Shown: positions 10,708 through 21,312, numbered from the stretch's first letter. The stretch is 64,000 nucleotides of DNA from Nitrospira sp. (GCA_047150005.1 AP038806.1:2016001-2080000), one strand, 5' to 3'. Made by a program: numbers and translations. The notes: a model not told the origin generated them from the letters alone.

Positions 10708-11015
10708 CACCCGGAATAGCTGTAGTCGGACAGCTTCTCTTCCTTGTCGAATTTCAACGTAATCTGGCACTGGTTGGGGGAGAAATTGAACAGCGGCGCG
10801 CTGGTCTTGCCGCCGGCGATGCGATAGTAGGTCCAGGTCTCACCTCCGAAGAACCGCGGAGATTTTCCGTCCGGCGTACCCCAATTCTTCTCGAACCAGG
10901 CCTTGTCCTTGCCCTGCATCTCCGCCGGCTTCAACGACGCTTCCAAATAGGGGTTATCGCCGCCGCACGCGGTGAAGAGGAAGCAGAGAGCCGGAAGCCA
11001 GAGCAGAGGTCTCAT
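10704..11015 (-). CDS. lipoprotein (SmpA/BamE-like)
   Basis: Lipobox FTAC; WGTPD...ETWTYY...LKFD pattern; SD GAGGAG. Confidence 0.75.
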   Translation of the reverse strand: MRPLLWLPALCFLFTACGGDNPYLEASLKPAEMQGKDKAWFEKNWGTPDGKSPRFFGGETWTYYRIAGGKTSAPLFNFSPNQCQITLKFDKEEKLSDYSYSGC

Positions 11016-11214
11016 ACGGCAGTCTCCTCAGTGACGGAAAACCATGATCGGCGCGATAGAACGCGTTTGAATTGTAGCCATCGCTGCACGGGCTGTCAAA
11101 CTGCGACGCCCTGTTGCGGCGACCCTGGACTTCTCCCTACAATGGAAAAACAGAGGCGATGGCTGAGCAGCTGCGTAATCGAATCTCCCTTATTTGACAA
11201 GAAAGGATCACGCC

Positions 11215-11865
11215 ATGAAATTCTATCTTGATACGGCCAGCGTGAAGGAAATCCAGGAAGCGGCGAGCCTCGGCTTGCTGGACGGGGTGACGACCAACCC
11301 CTCGCTTGTGGCGAAGGAGGGCCGTGTGTTTCGCGAAGTCCTTGTCGAAATCTGCAACATCGTGGACGGCCCGATCAGCGCAGAAGTCGTCAGCATCGAA
11401 GCCGATGCCATGGTCAAGGAAGGACGGGAACTCGCAAAGATCCACAAGAACATTGTGGTGAAGGTTCCCCTGATTGCTGAGGGACTCAAGGCCACCAAGC
11501 GCCTGACCGCTGAAGGAATCCGCGTCAACGTCACTCTTTGCTTTTCTCCGACACAGGCGCTGCTGGCGGCGAAGGCCGGGGCATGGTGTGTCTCGCCCTT
11601 CATCGGGCGGCTCGACGACGTCAGTTCCAACGGGATGGAGCTCATCCGCCAGATCCTCACGATCTATAAGAACTACGACTTCAAGACGTACGTGCTGGTC
11701 GCGAGCGTGCGGCATCCCCAGCATGTCGTCGAAGCGGCCTTGGCTGGAGGACACATTTGCACGATGCCCTTTGCCATCTTCCAGCAGATGGTGAAACATC
11801 CGCTCACCGATGTCGGCCTGAAGAAGTTTCTCGCCGATTGGGAGTCTCAAAACAAGAAGAAATAG
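11215..11865 (+). CDS. tal: transaldolase / fructose-6-phosphate aldolase family
   Basis: [39 protein letters not shown]. Confidence 0.93.
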   Translation: MKFYLDTASVKEIQEAASLGLLDGVTTNPSLVAKEGRVFREVLVEICNIVDGPISAEVVSIEADAMVKEGRELAKIHKNIVVKVPLIAEGLKATKRLTAEGIRVNVTLCFSPTQALLAAKAGAWCVSPFIGRLDDVSSNGMELIRQILTIYKNYDFKTYVLVASVRHPQHVVEAALAGGHICTMPFAIFQQMVKHPLTDVGLKKFLADWESQNKKK

Positions 11866-11887
11866 TGATAGGTGTCGTGCCGCATTC

Positions 11888-12592
11888 TCAGGCCACCGGC
11901 CCGCGCCGCCGATTGTCGATAATCTGTTTGGCCAGGCGAAAGACCCCGTGGAACATGGGTCTCGTCAGCTTGCCGGTAAACGTATTCTGCTGGCTCGGAT
12001 GATAGGATCCAACCAGCGTGACGTGCCAGGGCATGTGATAAGCGCGCTCATGGCCGAAGGCCGGGAGGGGGGAAGGAAGTGTGAGCCCCTCTTGCCTGCA
12101 GGTCTTCAAGTAATGATCGAAGGCGATTTTGCCCAGGGCGACGACCACTTTCACGTTCCGTAGCAGCCGGATTTCCTGACGAAGGAAGGTCCGACAGGCG
12201 TCGAATTCGTCCGGCGCAGGTTTGTTGTGAGGCGGCGCGCAGCGGACCGTGGCGCCGATGTAGGCATCCGACAACGTGAGCCCGTCGGATCGGTGCTGGG
12301 AGAGCGCCTGGTTTGCAAATCCGAAGCGATGCAACGCCTCGTACAGCCAGTCCCCGCTGCGATCTCCCGTAAATACCCGCCCGGTTCTGTTTCCTCCGTG
12401 GGCAGCAGGAGCCAGTCCCAGCACGTACAGCCGTGCCTTCGGATCGCCGAATCCCGGAACCGGTCGACCCCAATAGGTCCAGTCACGAAACTGTCTTCGC
12501 TTTGTCCGGGCGATCGCCTGCCGATAGTCGACCAGCCGCGGGCAGGCTGTACAGGACGCGATCCGATTGTTCAGCACCGTGAGCGAGCGCAT
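11888..12592 (-). CDS. uracil-DNA glycosylase, family 5
   Basis: CTACPRL 4Fe-4S ligands, GLAPAAHGGNRTGRVFTGDRSG, YHPSQQNT. Confidence 0.92.
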   Translation of the reverse strand: MRSLTVLNNRIASCTACPRLVDYRQAIARTKRRQFRDWTYWGRPVPGFGDPKARLYVLGLAPAAHGGNRTGRVFTGDRSGDWLYEALHRFGFANQALSQHRSDGLTLSDAYIGATVRCAPPHNKPAPDEFDACRTFLRQEIRLLRNVKVVVALGKIAFDHYLKTCRQEGLTLPSPLPAFGHERAYHMPWHVTLVGSYHPSQQNTFTGKLTRPMFHGVFRLAKQIIDNRRRGPVA

Positions 12593-12730
12593 GGTGTCGG
12601 GAGTGTATCAGGTGATCACGATCCTCCGCCAGGCGCGGCTAAAGTTCGAACTGCTTGCCGCGCGTGATGCTTACTGTTAGCATGACAAATTATTCGTGAA
12701 TGGTCGTTCAACTCAGAGGAACATTGCATT

Positions 12731-13798
12731 ATGACACGGTTGCGTCACGGGTTCCTGTACGTGCTGCCGCTCCTGATCGGTGCCGCACTTTTTCCTTCGC
12801 TCGGTGCTCGGGCTGAGTCTGACTCGACCGCAATGAAGGATGGGACGCCGCGTCCCGGCGCCAACGGGGAGTCGGAGCGGGATCTTCTTCCGAGTGAGGT
12901 CATCGACAGCCAAAACGAGCCGGAAGATCGTCTGGTCATCCTGCCGGAAATCAAGCGTGAAGGAGAGCGGTTTTTCCTGAGTTCGTTCAAGCTGCCCGAC
13001 AAATTGACGTTTGCAGGGCAACCGGTTCCTCTGGACAACTGGCAAGTCCGGGAGCGCATCGAGTATGAGTTTTACCAGTTCCTCGAGGACCAGGGAGAAA
13101 GCATTATCCTCGCCAAACGTATGGGGCGCTGTTTTCCTCCGGCGGAGAAACAGCTCGCGGAAGCGGGATTACCCGACGATCTCAAATACATGCTGCTGGT
13201 GGAGAGCAAGTGCATCGCCGCGGCCTACTCGCGGGCGAAAGCCTCCGGCCCTTGGCAATTCATCCCTTCGACCGGGCGGCGATATCGGCTTAAGAGCGAT
13301 TCCGTCCGTGATGATCGGCGGAACTTGGAAATGTCCACGGAAGCCGCCGTGAAATATCTCAAGTACTTGAAGGATTTCCAGCAGAACGATTGGTTTTTGG
13401 CTATGGCCTCCTACAACGCGGGCGAGGAACGGGTCCGCAAACTGCTGAAAGATCAGAAAGTCAACGACTATTGGCGAATGCACGGTCCTCGGGAAACCAT
13501 GCGCTATGTTCCCCGGATCATCGCGGCCAAAGAAATCTATTCGCAGCCGGAGAAATATCTGGGGTTGAGCAAGAAGGACCTGTATCTCCCGCTGGAAACT
13601 GAAACGGTCACCGTGACGGTAAAAGAGTCTCAGCGGGCGCTCACCTCCATTGCCGAGGAGTTCGGCACCTACTATCTGGAATTACGAATGTTGAACCCCG
13701 AATTCAAGAAGGATGTGCTCCCGCACGGGGTCTATCAGATCCGAGTCCCCCGCCAGACCTGTCCGAGCCGCTGCTTCAAGCAGGAGAAAGCTCCGTAA
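12731..13798 (+). CDS. lytic transglycosylase (MltD-like SLT domain)
   Basis: Signal peptide; VES, ASGPWQF, ASYNAG, ETMRYV. Confidence 0.9.
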   Translation: MTRLRHGFLYVLPLLIGAALFPSLGARAESDSTAMKDGTPRPGANGESERDLLPSEVIDSQNEPEDRLVILPEIKREGERFFLSSFKLPDKLTFAGQPVPLDNWQVRERIEYEFYQFLEDQGESIILAKRMGRCFPPAEKQLAEAGLPDDLKYMLLVESKCIAAAYSRAKASGPWQFIPSTGRRYRLKSDSVRDDRRNLEMSTEAAVKYLKYLKDFQQNDWFLAMASYNAGEERVRKLLKDQKVNDYWRMHGPRETMRYVPRIIAAKEIYSQPEKYLGLSKKDLYLPLETETVTVTVKESQRALTSIAEEFGTYYLELRMLNPEFKKDVLPHGVYQIRVPRQTCPSRCFKQEKAP

Positions 13799-13916
13799 GG
13801 ATCGTAGAACGGATCGACTGCCTTCTGTTTTCGGTCCGAGATGGCCATCGTCTCGTGATGTCCCGTCTCGGCTCGCCGCTTCGGGCCGACCTCCGACTCC
13901 TTCTGGAAACAAGCGT

Positions 13917-15254
13917 ATGACGATCCGACTGCCCAAATCCCCTGTCAGCTCCCTGCTTAAACAGGCGCTCAGACGAGCGATCGAAACCGTGGAAGGCGGG
14001 GCTGCCGTCCGACGAGCAGTCCGCCGGCGTGGTGATGTGCTGACGATCGCGTCCCGTCGAGTGGACCTTCGACGGTATGAACGGCTGATCGTGCTCGGCG
14101 CGGGAAAGGCCACGGCGTCGATGGCCCGTGCGGCGGAGCTGTTGTTGGGAAATCGGCTGCAGGGTGGGCTCGTGGTCGTCAAGTACGGACATGCGGTCCC
14201 GACCAGACGCATCACGGTACGCGAAGCCGGCCATCCCTATCCGGACCGCGCAGGATTCTATGCCGCTCGCGGCGTAATGCGGCTTGCTTCCGGGCTGTCC
14301 GAGCGCGATCTGTTGATCGTGCTACTCTCGGGCGGAGCCTCCAGTCTGTTACCGGCGCCGGTTCCCGATATCAGTTTGTCCGATAAACAACGCGTGACTC
14401 GACGACTGGTGCGAAGTGGAGCAAGCATCCAGGATATCAACACTGTACGCAAACATCTCTCGGCGCTCAAGGGAGGAGGGCTTGCGGCTATGACCTCCGC
14501 CAGGATCGTCTCCCTGATCCTTTCCGACGTGCTCGGCGACGACATCAGCGCCATTGCTTCCGGTCCGACGGCTCCCGACCCCACCACCTTTCGCCAAGCG
14601 ATCGATTGTTTGAAGCACTATCGGCTCTGGTCCTCATTGCCCGCCTCGATCCGCAGGCATTTGGACAGGGGCCGTCGCGGCGCAGTGGCGGAAACGCCGA
14701 AGCCGGGCGCACCCTGCTTCCGGCGGGTCGTCAATGTATTGATCGGGAGCGGTGCCCTGGCTGTCGCGGAGGCGGCGCGTGCCGTTCGAGGGGCCGGCCT
14801 CCGGACCGTAATCCATTCGACGGGGCTGACCGGTGAAGCCCGTCTGGCAGGAGCGGAATTCGGGGCCATGGCGAGGACTATTCTCCGACGCGGCATGCCC
14901 GTTCGCAGACCCTGCTGTGTGATCGCCGGAGGAGAAACGACGGTGACCGTGAAGGGACGCGGACGGGGAGGCCGGGCGCAGGAGTTTGCCGCGGCGGCCG
15001 CGCAGGCCGTTGCCGGGCTTCCGGACGTGTGGGTTGCGGCGGTAGGTACCGACGGCACCGACGGCCCGACCGATGTGGCGGGAGCGCTCGTGAGCGGACA
15101 GACCGCGGCGCATGCGCGTGGATGGGGCATCGACCTCGACGCCGCGCTGAAGCGGAATAATACTTATCCGGCGCTGAAGCGTCTGGGAGCCCACATCATC
15201 ACCGGCCCCACCGGCACAAACGTCAACGACCTTTACGTGCTCCTTGTCTTGTAG
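13917..15254 (+). CDS. glycerate 2-kinase, MOFRL family
   Basis: GAGKA, LSGGASSL, SDVLGDD, IASGPT, GGETTV, GTDGTDG, TGTNVND; ATG at 13917. Confidence 0.92.
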   Translation: MTIRLPKSPVSSLLKQALRRAIETVEGGAAVRRAVRRRGDVLTIASRRVDLRRYERLIVLGAGKATASMARAAELLLGNRLQGGLVVVKYGHAVPTRRITVREAGHPYPDRAGFYAARGVMRLASGLSERDLLIVLLSGGASSLLPAPVPDISLSDKQRVTRRLVRSGASIQDINTVRKHLSALKGGGLAAMTSARIVSLILSDVLGDDISAIASGPTAPDPTTFRQAIDCLKHYRLWSSLPASIRRHLDRGRRGAVAETPKPGAPCFRRVVNVLIGSGALAVAEAARAVRGAGLRTVIHSTGLTGEARLAGAEFGAMARTILRRGMPVRRPCCVIAGGETTVTVKGRGRGGRAQEFAAAAAQAVAGLPDVWVAAVGTDGTDGPTDVAGALVSGQTAAHARGWGIDLDAALKRNNTYPALKRLGAHIITGPTGTNVNDLYVLLVL

Positions 15255-15268
15255 GTACTATTCCCTCG

Positions 15269-17920
15269 ATGGAACGGCCGCTGGTTCTTCCCCTTGCCGC
15301 CTGTACGGATTCCGCGTTGGCAGGGGGCAAGGCCCGGGGTTTGGCTCGGCTGATCGAGGCCGGCATTCGTGTTCCGTCCGGACTGTGCGCCACCACCGCC
15401 CTCTACCGGGAGTTCCTCGGACAAACCGGTCTCACCTCGGATGTCGAGCTGCTGCTCGCAGGCCGGCTGTCCGGCGACGATCGGCCGCCGGTTGTTGACC
15501 ATCTGCCGCACCTGCGATCTCGTCTTCTGCAGGCTCCCTGGCCGAAAGATCTGCGCCTTCGGCTTGAGATGGCCCTCCACGATCTCGGGTTTGACGAGGC
15601 CACGTTGTGGGCGGTGCGATCCTCGGCGACAAACGAAGACGCGAGGCAGGCGAGCTTCGCGGGCCTGTATCGGACGCATCTCGGAGTCCGGTTTCCCGGC
15701 ATCCTCGCCGCGGTTCAGGATCTCTGGTCTTCCCTATGGGATGAACGGGTTCTGTCCTACTACTGTAAGAGCGCGCCTCATTCGTCGCCTCCGGAAATGG
15801 CCGTCGTCATCCAGCCGATGCTCGATGCGGAGGCAGCCGGCGTGGCCTATTCGATCGATCCCGTGACCGGTGAAAGCCATATCGTGGTCAATGCCCTGCC
15901 CGGCTTGGGGGCTCCTCTGGTCGATGGAACGGCGATGCCCGATCACTATGTCGTCCGCGTCGATTCTCCGCAAGCCGTCGGCGTCACGGTTATCACACGC
16001 GACATTGCGGCCAAGCGCTTGGCCTTGCGGGTGGGGCCGGACGGAATGCGGCTTGAACCGCTGTCGCTTGATGCCGGGACCGCTTCGTCGATTTCCGACC
16101 ATCAATTGATCGAACTCGCCGGGGTAACCAAACGGATCGAAACGCTGTTCGGGCATCCCGTCGATGTCGAATGGGCCATCGATCGGCAGGGACTGTGGCT
16201 TGTCCAGGCCAGGCCCGTGACGTCCCTCGTCCGGTCCGAGCAATGGTCTGCCGGTGAGTGGGCTGGTGAATGGGAATGGTCACGGGCCAACCTTAAGGAA
16301 ACGATGCCGGAGGTGCCTAGTCCGATCGGACTCTCGTTTCTTGAGCGGTTCATGGATGCCTACATCATCGGCCACTACCGCCGTTTGGGGTGCCGGATTC
16401 CGGAAGGGAGGGCCTCCGTCCGGACGTACTACGGACGTCCCTACCTCAACCTAACGCTCTTCCACAGTCTGATCGCCCAATTAGGGGGTGATCCCTCATT
16501 GAACGCTGAGCAGATGGGCGGAGAGGCTGTCGCGGTCGTTCCGTCCGAGCCGATGCTCGGGTTTCTCGCGCGGTTGCGAGCCGGCTGGCTGATGTGGCGC
16601 GAAATGAAGCGAGTCGCTTCCGATGCTCCCCGCTACTTTGCGGACTTGAAGCAACAAGCTTCGCGCTATCAGCCGGACCGGATCCGGGACTGGGATCCAG
16701 CGGCTCTTGATCGGCATCTGGAAAATCTCGGCCGCTGGCTAGACCGTCACGAAATGACCTTCGGGATCGTACTCGGCGTCGGGCAATGTCTGCAGACCTT
16801 CAGTACGCTCTTGCCGGGATGGCTCGGCGAGGATTGGCGAGGTCTGCTCAATTCGGCGTTGCAGGGAGAAGGCACGGTCATTAGTGCTCAGCAAATCCAT
16901 CGGGTGGCGGAATTGGTAGATGCGGCGCGGCAGGATGAGGCGCTGTCCCATGGGCTCCTGACCGAGAAGTGGGATGTGGCGACGCTCCGACGTCGTGCCC
17001 GGCCGGCGCCGTTTCTTGCGTTGTTTGATCGGTACCTGGAGGAGTTCGGTCATCGCGGGACGGGAGAGTCCGACGTCATGTCTCCGCGGTTTGCCGACCG
17101 GCCCTGGATCGTGCTCGACGTGGTGCGGGTCCAACTGAGCGGTCCTGTCGTTCGACCGGAGGACATCGTCGCTCGGCAGCGCGCGACGCGTGCCGCTGCC
17201 CTGGCGACGATCCGCGCACGGCTGGGCTGGAGGCTGGATCGGCTGGCGGTGTTTCTCTGGTGCTATCGGCGACTCTGTCGATTCCTCTCTCTGCGCGAAG
17301 CCAACCGCCATCATCTCATGTACTATTCGACGGCGGTCAGAAACTTGTTGTTGCGGTTCGGCGCCTGTCTGGCGGCGCGCGGGATGTTTGATGCCCCCGA
17401 TGACGTGTTTTACCTCACATTGGAAGAACGGGGCTCGGTACTTTCGGCCGTCGAACGCGACTGGAAAGAGGCCGTGCGCATGCGCAAAGCGGAACGGGCA
17501 CGGTGGTTGGCGATGCAGGTGCCTGATACGATCCGCAGCGGCGAGGCCAAGATCGGCCGCCGGGACGGGGTCATCGGGTCAGCCGACGGTTGCGTGCGAG
17601 GAACTCCGATCAGCACGGGCACGGCCACGGGATCTGTCTGTCTGGTGCGATCGACGGCTGATTGGTCCAAGGTCCGACCCGGAGATATCATCGTGGTGCC
17701 GGTCATCGATCCCGGGATGGCACCGCTGTTCGGCATTGCGGCAGGACTCGTGGCCGAAATGGGCGGTACGTTGTCGCATGGAGCGATCATCGCACGCGAG
17801 TACGGATTGTCCGCGGTCGCCAACATCCCCGGCGTCATGAGTCTGCTGAAGGATGGTCAACGGGTAACGGTGGATGGCGGTTCAGGAGACGTGCAAATAG
17901 CATCGATCGCGGGAAGCTGA
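15269..17920 (+). CDS. PEP-utilising dikinase with ATP-grasp / substrate / C-terminal phospho-His architecture (rifampin phosphotransferase/PigC-like)
   Basis: GGKA, AVRSSATNED...SFAG, DVEW, QARPVT; C-terminal GGTLSHGAIIAREYG. Confidence 0.88.
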   Translation: MERPLVLPLAACTDSALAGGKARGLARLIEAGIRVPSGLCATTALYREFLGQTGLTSDVELLLAGRLSGDDRPPVVDHLPHLRSRLLQAPWPKDLRLRLEMALHDLGFDEATLWAVRSSATNEDARQASFAGLYRTHLGVRFPGILAAVQDLWSSLWDERVLSYYCKSAPHSSPPEMAVVIQPMLDAEAAGVAYSIDPVTGESHIVVNALPGLGAPLVDGTAMPDHYVVRVDSPQAVGVTVITRDIAAKRLALRVGPDGMRLEPLSLDAGTASSISDHQLIELAGVTKRIETLFGHPVDVEWAIDRQGLWLVQARPVTSLVRSEQWSAGEWAGEWEWSRANLKETMPEVPSPIGLSFLERFMDAYIIGHYRRLGCRIPEGRASVRTYYGRPYLNLTLFHSLIAQLGGDPSLNAEQMGGEAVAVVPSEPMLGFLARLRAGWLMWREMKRVASDAPRYFADLKQQASRYQPDRIRDWDPAALDRHLENLGRWLDRHEMTFGIVLGVGQCLQTFSTLLPGWLGEDWRGLLNSALQGEGTVISAQQIHRVAELVDAARQDEALSHGLLTEKWDVATLRRRARPAPFLALFDRYLEEFGHRGTGESDVMSPRFADRPWIVLDVVRVQLSGPVVRPEDIVARQRATRAAALATIRARLGWRLDRLAVFLWCYRRLCRFLSLREANRHHLMYYSTAVRNLLLRFGACLAARGMFDAPDDVFYLTLEERGSVLSAVERDWKEAVRMRKAERARWLAMQVPDTIRSGEAKIGRRDGVIGSADGCVRGTPISTGTATGSVCLVRSTADWSKVRPGDIIVVPVIDPGMAPLFGIAAGLVAEMGGTLSHGAIIAREYGLSAVANIPGVMSLLKDGQRVTVDGGSGDVQIASIAGS

Positions 17921-17976
17921 TGATTGCAACGGACACATTCTAGAGCCAAATGGCTCTAATCGTACGTTTTACGCGC

Positions 17977-18005
17977 TTGACCTTTTATTCGAATTTACGT
18001 ACGCT
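17977..18005 (+). promoter_or_regulatory. sigma70-type promoter for rmuC
   Basis: TTGACC-N17-TACGCT in an AT-rich gap. Confidence 0.55.
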
Positions 18006-18088
18006 CCGAATTAATACCTCTTCTTCATCATCACAACGCCCAACTCGTCGTCGGATGTTGCTCGTTATGATCCTGCGGGTCACGATCG

Positions 18089-19477
18089 ATGATTGAGAGC
18101 ACCGCCTTCAGCCTGGGCCTTCTCGCCGGAACCGTTCTTGGAGCTGTGGTCGTCGGGTTGTCGGTTGCGGTCTGGCTGCGTTCCGCCTTCCATGGACAGC
18201 TCACCTCAGCGGGTGAACGCGCTCGGCACGCCGAAACCCTTTCGGAGGAGCTGCGCCGGCAGCTCGAGACCGAACAGGACGCGCACGTTCGGCTCCGGCA
18301 GGAACTCCAGGACATGTCTCGCTCCTGCGCCGTGGCGGAGACACGCGCCGCCGAGGTGACCAAACATACCGAGGAACAGAGGATCCTGCTTTCCCAGGCG
18401 CGTCAGGAATTGGCGGAATCCTTCCGGGCGCTGTCCGGCGAAGCGCTCAAACACAATAACGAAGCGTTCCTGAGTCTCGCCAGGGCGACCTACGAGACGC
18501 TTCAGACGGAGGCCAAGGGCGAACTGGCACAACGACAGCAGGCCATCGACGAACTGGTCAGGCCGTTGACGGAATCCCTGCATCGATACGATGAACAGCT
18601 GCGCGCGCTGGAGCTGTCTCGTCAGGCCGCGTACGGGGGCTTGGATCAACATTTGAAATTGCTTGCGGAATCCCAGCAGCGATTAAGAGAAGAGACGGGA
18701 AATCTTGTGAGCGCGCTGCGTGTGCCGGTCGTGCGGGGCCGGTGGGGGGAAATCACGCTTAAGCGTGTGGTGGAATTGGCCGGGATGGTGGCTCATTGCG
18801 ATTTCACCGAACAGGAATCGGTGACCGTGGAAGACGGACGGCTTCGTCCCGATATGATCGTTCAGCTTCCAGGGGGGCGGCAGATCGTCGTCGATGCCAA
18901 GGCCGCGTTGAGCGGATATCTGGACGCGTACGAGGCCTCCGGCGAGGACCAGCGGCGTGAGGGGCTTCGGCGGCACGCCGCCCAGGTACGCGCCCATTTG
19001 AATCAGTTGAGTCTCAAGGCCTATTGGAGCCAGTTCGCGCAGGCGCCGGAATTTGTCGTACTCTTTCTGCCCGGCGAGCAGTTCCTGGGGGCGGCCCTCG
19101 AGCAGGATCCGGGACTTATCGAGGACGGGTTCTCGCAAGGCGTGGTGTTGGCGACTCCGACGACGCTGATGGCGCTGCTGAGAGCGGTCGCCTATGGCTG
19201 GCGCCAGGAGCGGCTCACCGCGCACGCCGAAGAAGCGGGACGGCTCGGCAAGGACCTCTATGAGCGAATGGCCGTGCTGGCCGAGCATCTGAACGACGTC
19301 GGCCAGGCATTGGGTCGGGGCGTGACGGCCTATAACAAGGCGGTCGGCTCGCTGGAAACGAGGATCCTGCCCGCGGCGCGGCGGTTCAAGGAGCTGGGGG
19401 TTGCGTCGGACAAGGATATCCCTCTGCTGGGGCCCATGGAAGTCGTCCCGCGCCGGACCTTGCCGCTTGATGAATAA
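18089..19477 (+). CDS. rmuC: DNA recombination protein RmuC
   Basis: N-terminal TM helix, coiled coil, RGRWGE, RPD...VDAK, LFLPGE, TPTTL. Confidence 0.93.
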   Translation: MIESTAFSLGLLAGTVLGAVVVGLSVAVWLRSAFHGQLTSAGERARHAETLSEELRRQLETEQDAHVRLRQELQDMSRSCAVAETRAAEVTKHTEEQRILLSQARQELAESFRALSGEALKHNNEAFLSLARATYETLQTEAKGELAQRQQAIDELVRPLTESLHRYDEQLRALELSRQAAYGGLDQHLKLLAESQQRLREETGNLVSALRVPVVRGRWGEITLKRVVELAGMVAHCDFTEQESVTVEDGRLRPDMIVQLPGGRQIVVDAKAALSGYLDAYEASGEDQRREGLRRHAAQVRAHLNQLSLKAYWSQFAQAPEFVVLFLPGEQFLGAALEQDPGLIEDGFSQGVVLATPTTLMALLRAVAYGWRQERLTAHAEEAGRLGKDLYERMAVLAEHLNDVGQALGRGVTAYNKAVGSLETRILPAARRFKELGVASDKDIPLLGPMEVVPRRTLPLDE

Positions 19478-19877
19478 GGACGAACGCATGCACGACGCAC
19501 AAGCCATGGTGGAAGCGTTTCATCGCCTGTTCGACATCGTCACCAATCCGGTGCCCACAGCGGTCGGTGACGACACACGACAGTTGCGTATCCGCCTGAT
19601 CCAGGAAGAGTTCAATGAGTTGCGGGAGGCGCTGGAAAGCGACGATCTGACGGCGGTCGCCAAGGAGTTGGCGGATCTGTTGTACGTGGTCTACGGCACC
19701 GCCGTGTCGTACGGCATCGACATGGATCCGGTGTTTCGCGAAGTCCACCGGTCGAACATGAGCAAGGTTGGGGGCCACAAGCGAGAAGATGGAAAGTGGA
19801 TCAAGCCGTCTACCTATTCGCCCGCCCTCATCGGTCCGATCTTGGAGGACCTCAGAGCGGAGGGGAAACTGCAATAA
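19470..19877 (+). CDS. MazG-like/PRA-PH all-alpha NTP pyrophosphohydrolase
   Basis: LIQEEFNEL, KELADLLYV, EVHRSNMSK, REDGKWIK. Confidence 0.88.
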   Translation: MNKDERMHDAQAMVEAFHRLFDIVTNPVPTAVGDDTRQLRIRLIQEEFNELREALESDDLTAVAKELADLLYVVYGTAVSYGIDMDPVFREVHRSNMSKVGGHKREDGKWIKPSTYSPALIGPILEDLRAEGKLQ

Positions 19878-19904
19878 CTGCGCAATGACTGCCGAGGAGG
19901 CCGG

Positions 19905-20420
19905 TTGACCGGGATGAAGTCTCTGCGCTGCCCAAATTGCGGCACACCGTTTGTTCGGGTCACTTTGCAGGAAGGAGCGGTCGAGCGTCTACTCAGCCGC
20001 TTCAACATGCTTCCCTTCCGATGCCAGCTGTGTACGAACCGGTTCCGCGCATTCTCTCCGGGCACACGGCCAAACACGCAGGCATTTGATCGCCGAGAAT
20101 TCAAGCGCCTCTCCGCATCCATCGACGCGCAGGTTCTTGACGAAAGGCAGTCGGCATTCGTCAACCGCATTACCGACATTTCAATGGCCGGATGCACGCT
20201 TGTGGGAACCGGATTGGCCAAGGGTGCGTTCGTGGAATTGGTGCTGAAGCCGACATCCGAGGACGACGAGATCAGAATCGAAACGGCGATGGTCTGCTCG
20301 GTCCACCCCGAGTCGGTGGGGCTGCGGTTCCTCGAGGTCGATCAGATCGACAAGCAGCGTTTGAGCCAGGTCGTGCTCGGGCTGTTGGTCAGTCAGACCA
20401 ATCCGATGATGAACGTGTAA
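19905..20420 (+). CDS. zinc-ribbon + PilZ domain protein
   Basis: CPNC...CQLC; RREFKR and DISMAG c-di-GMP-binding motifs. Confidence 0.82.
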   Translation: MTGMKSLRCPNCGTPFVRVTLQEGAVERLLSRFNMLPFRCQLCTNRFRAFSPGTRPNTQAFDRREFKRLSASIDAQVLDERQSAFVNRITDISMAGCTLVGTGLAKGAFVELVLKPTSEDDEIRIETAMVCSVHPESVGLRFLEVDQIDKQRLSQVVLGLLVSQTNPMMNV

Positions 20421-21312
20421 CGCGTGTCACACGGATCCGTGAGTGCTTCCGGTTCGGTCTTGCCGGCGGCACCGCGACCGTGACGTTATCGATCAGCCTG
20501 ACCAGGCCGATCCGCGCCGCGCCTAAGAGGACGGCCGAACCGGCGACCGTCGTGAGGGTGTCGAGGGACCCGGCATCGCAGACCGCCAGATACTCCGGCC
20601 GAACGGTCCGGTCTTCCGCCATCACCTGTCTCATGATGCGTTCAATGCGCCGGCCGTCTCGCACTCCGTTTAGGATGGCCTGACGCCCGGCCGATAATGC
20701 CCGGTACAGGACCGGCGCGCGGCGGCGATGATCCGGAGACAGATAGATGTTGCGGGAACTCATGGCCAATCCGTCAGGTTCTCGCACCGTGGGATGGACC
20801 TTGAGATCAATGGCCAAGTTTAGGTCGGCAATGAGTCGACGTACGAGCGCCGCCTGCTGGAAGTCTTTCTGGCCGAAGACCGTGTGATGGGGACGGACGA
20901 TGCTGAACAGTTTTACCAGGACCGTGGCGACCCCCTCGAAGTGGTGCGGGCGAGCCGCCCCCTCCCAGCGCCCGGCCAGCTTCGGCACCATGACCGAGCT
21001 TTGGAACCCGTTCGGATACATGTCCGAGGCAGTCGGTTCGAAACAGACATCCACTCCCTCCGTTCGGCATAACCGATGGTCTCGGGTGATTGGACGAGGA
21101 TAGCGCGACAGGTCTTCTTGCGGCCCGAACTGGGTCGGATTCACGAAAATGCTCACGACCAGAGCATCGCACCGCAACCTCGCGGCGCGGAGCAAGGCTC
21201 GGTGCCCGTCATGGAGCGCCCCCATCGTGGGGACGAATCCGATCGTCACCCCCTCTCGGCGAAGGCGATCGCTCCACAGGGTCATCGCATGGGGAGAACG
21301 GATGATCTTCAT
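20389..21312 (-). CDS. panC: pantoate--beta-alanine ligase
   Basis: VPTMGALHDGH, SIFVNPTQF, FGQKDFQQ, GLAMSSRN, RLIDN; start at MKIIR. Confidence 0.96.
   Translation of the reverse strand: MKIIRSPHAMTLWSDRLRREGVTIGFVPTMGALHDGHRALLRAARLRCDALVVSIFVNPTQFGPQEDLSRYPRPITRDHRLCRTEGVDVCFEPTASDMYPNGFQSSVMVPKLAGRWEGAARPHHFEGVATVLVKLFSIVRPHHTVFGQKDFQQAALVRRLIADLNLAIDLKVHPTVREPDGLAMSSRNIYLSPDHRRRAPVLYRALSAGRQAILNGVRDGRRIERIMRQVMAEDRTVRPEYLAVCDAGSLDTLTTVAGSAVLLGAARIGLVRLIDNVTVAVPPARPNRKHSRIRVTRVTRSSSDWSD

Noticed and set aside
13799..13916. GATCGACTG-containing gap resembling 36900-36990
   Set aside because: Only about 9-10 nt are shared, too little to call a repeat by eye
20389..20420. Convergent 3' overlap of panC and the PilZ gene
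   Set aside because: Short tail-to-tail overlaps are common, and the panC tail is low-information
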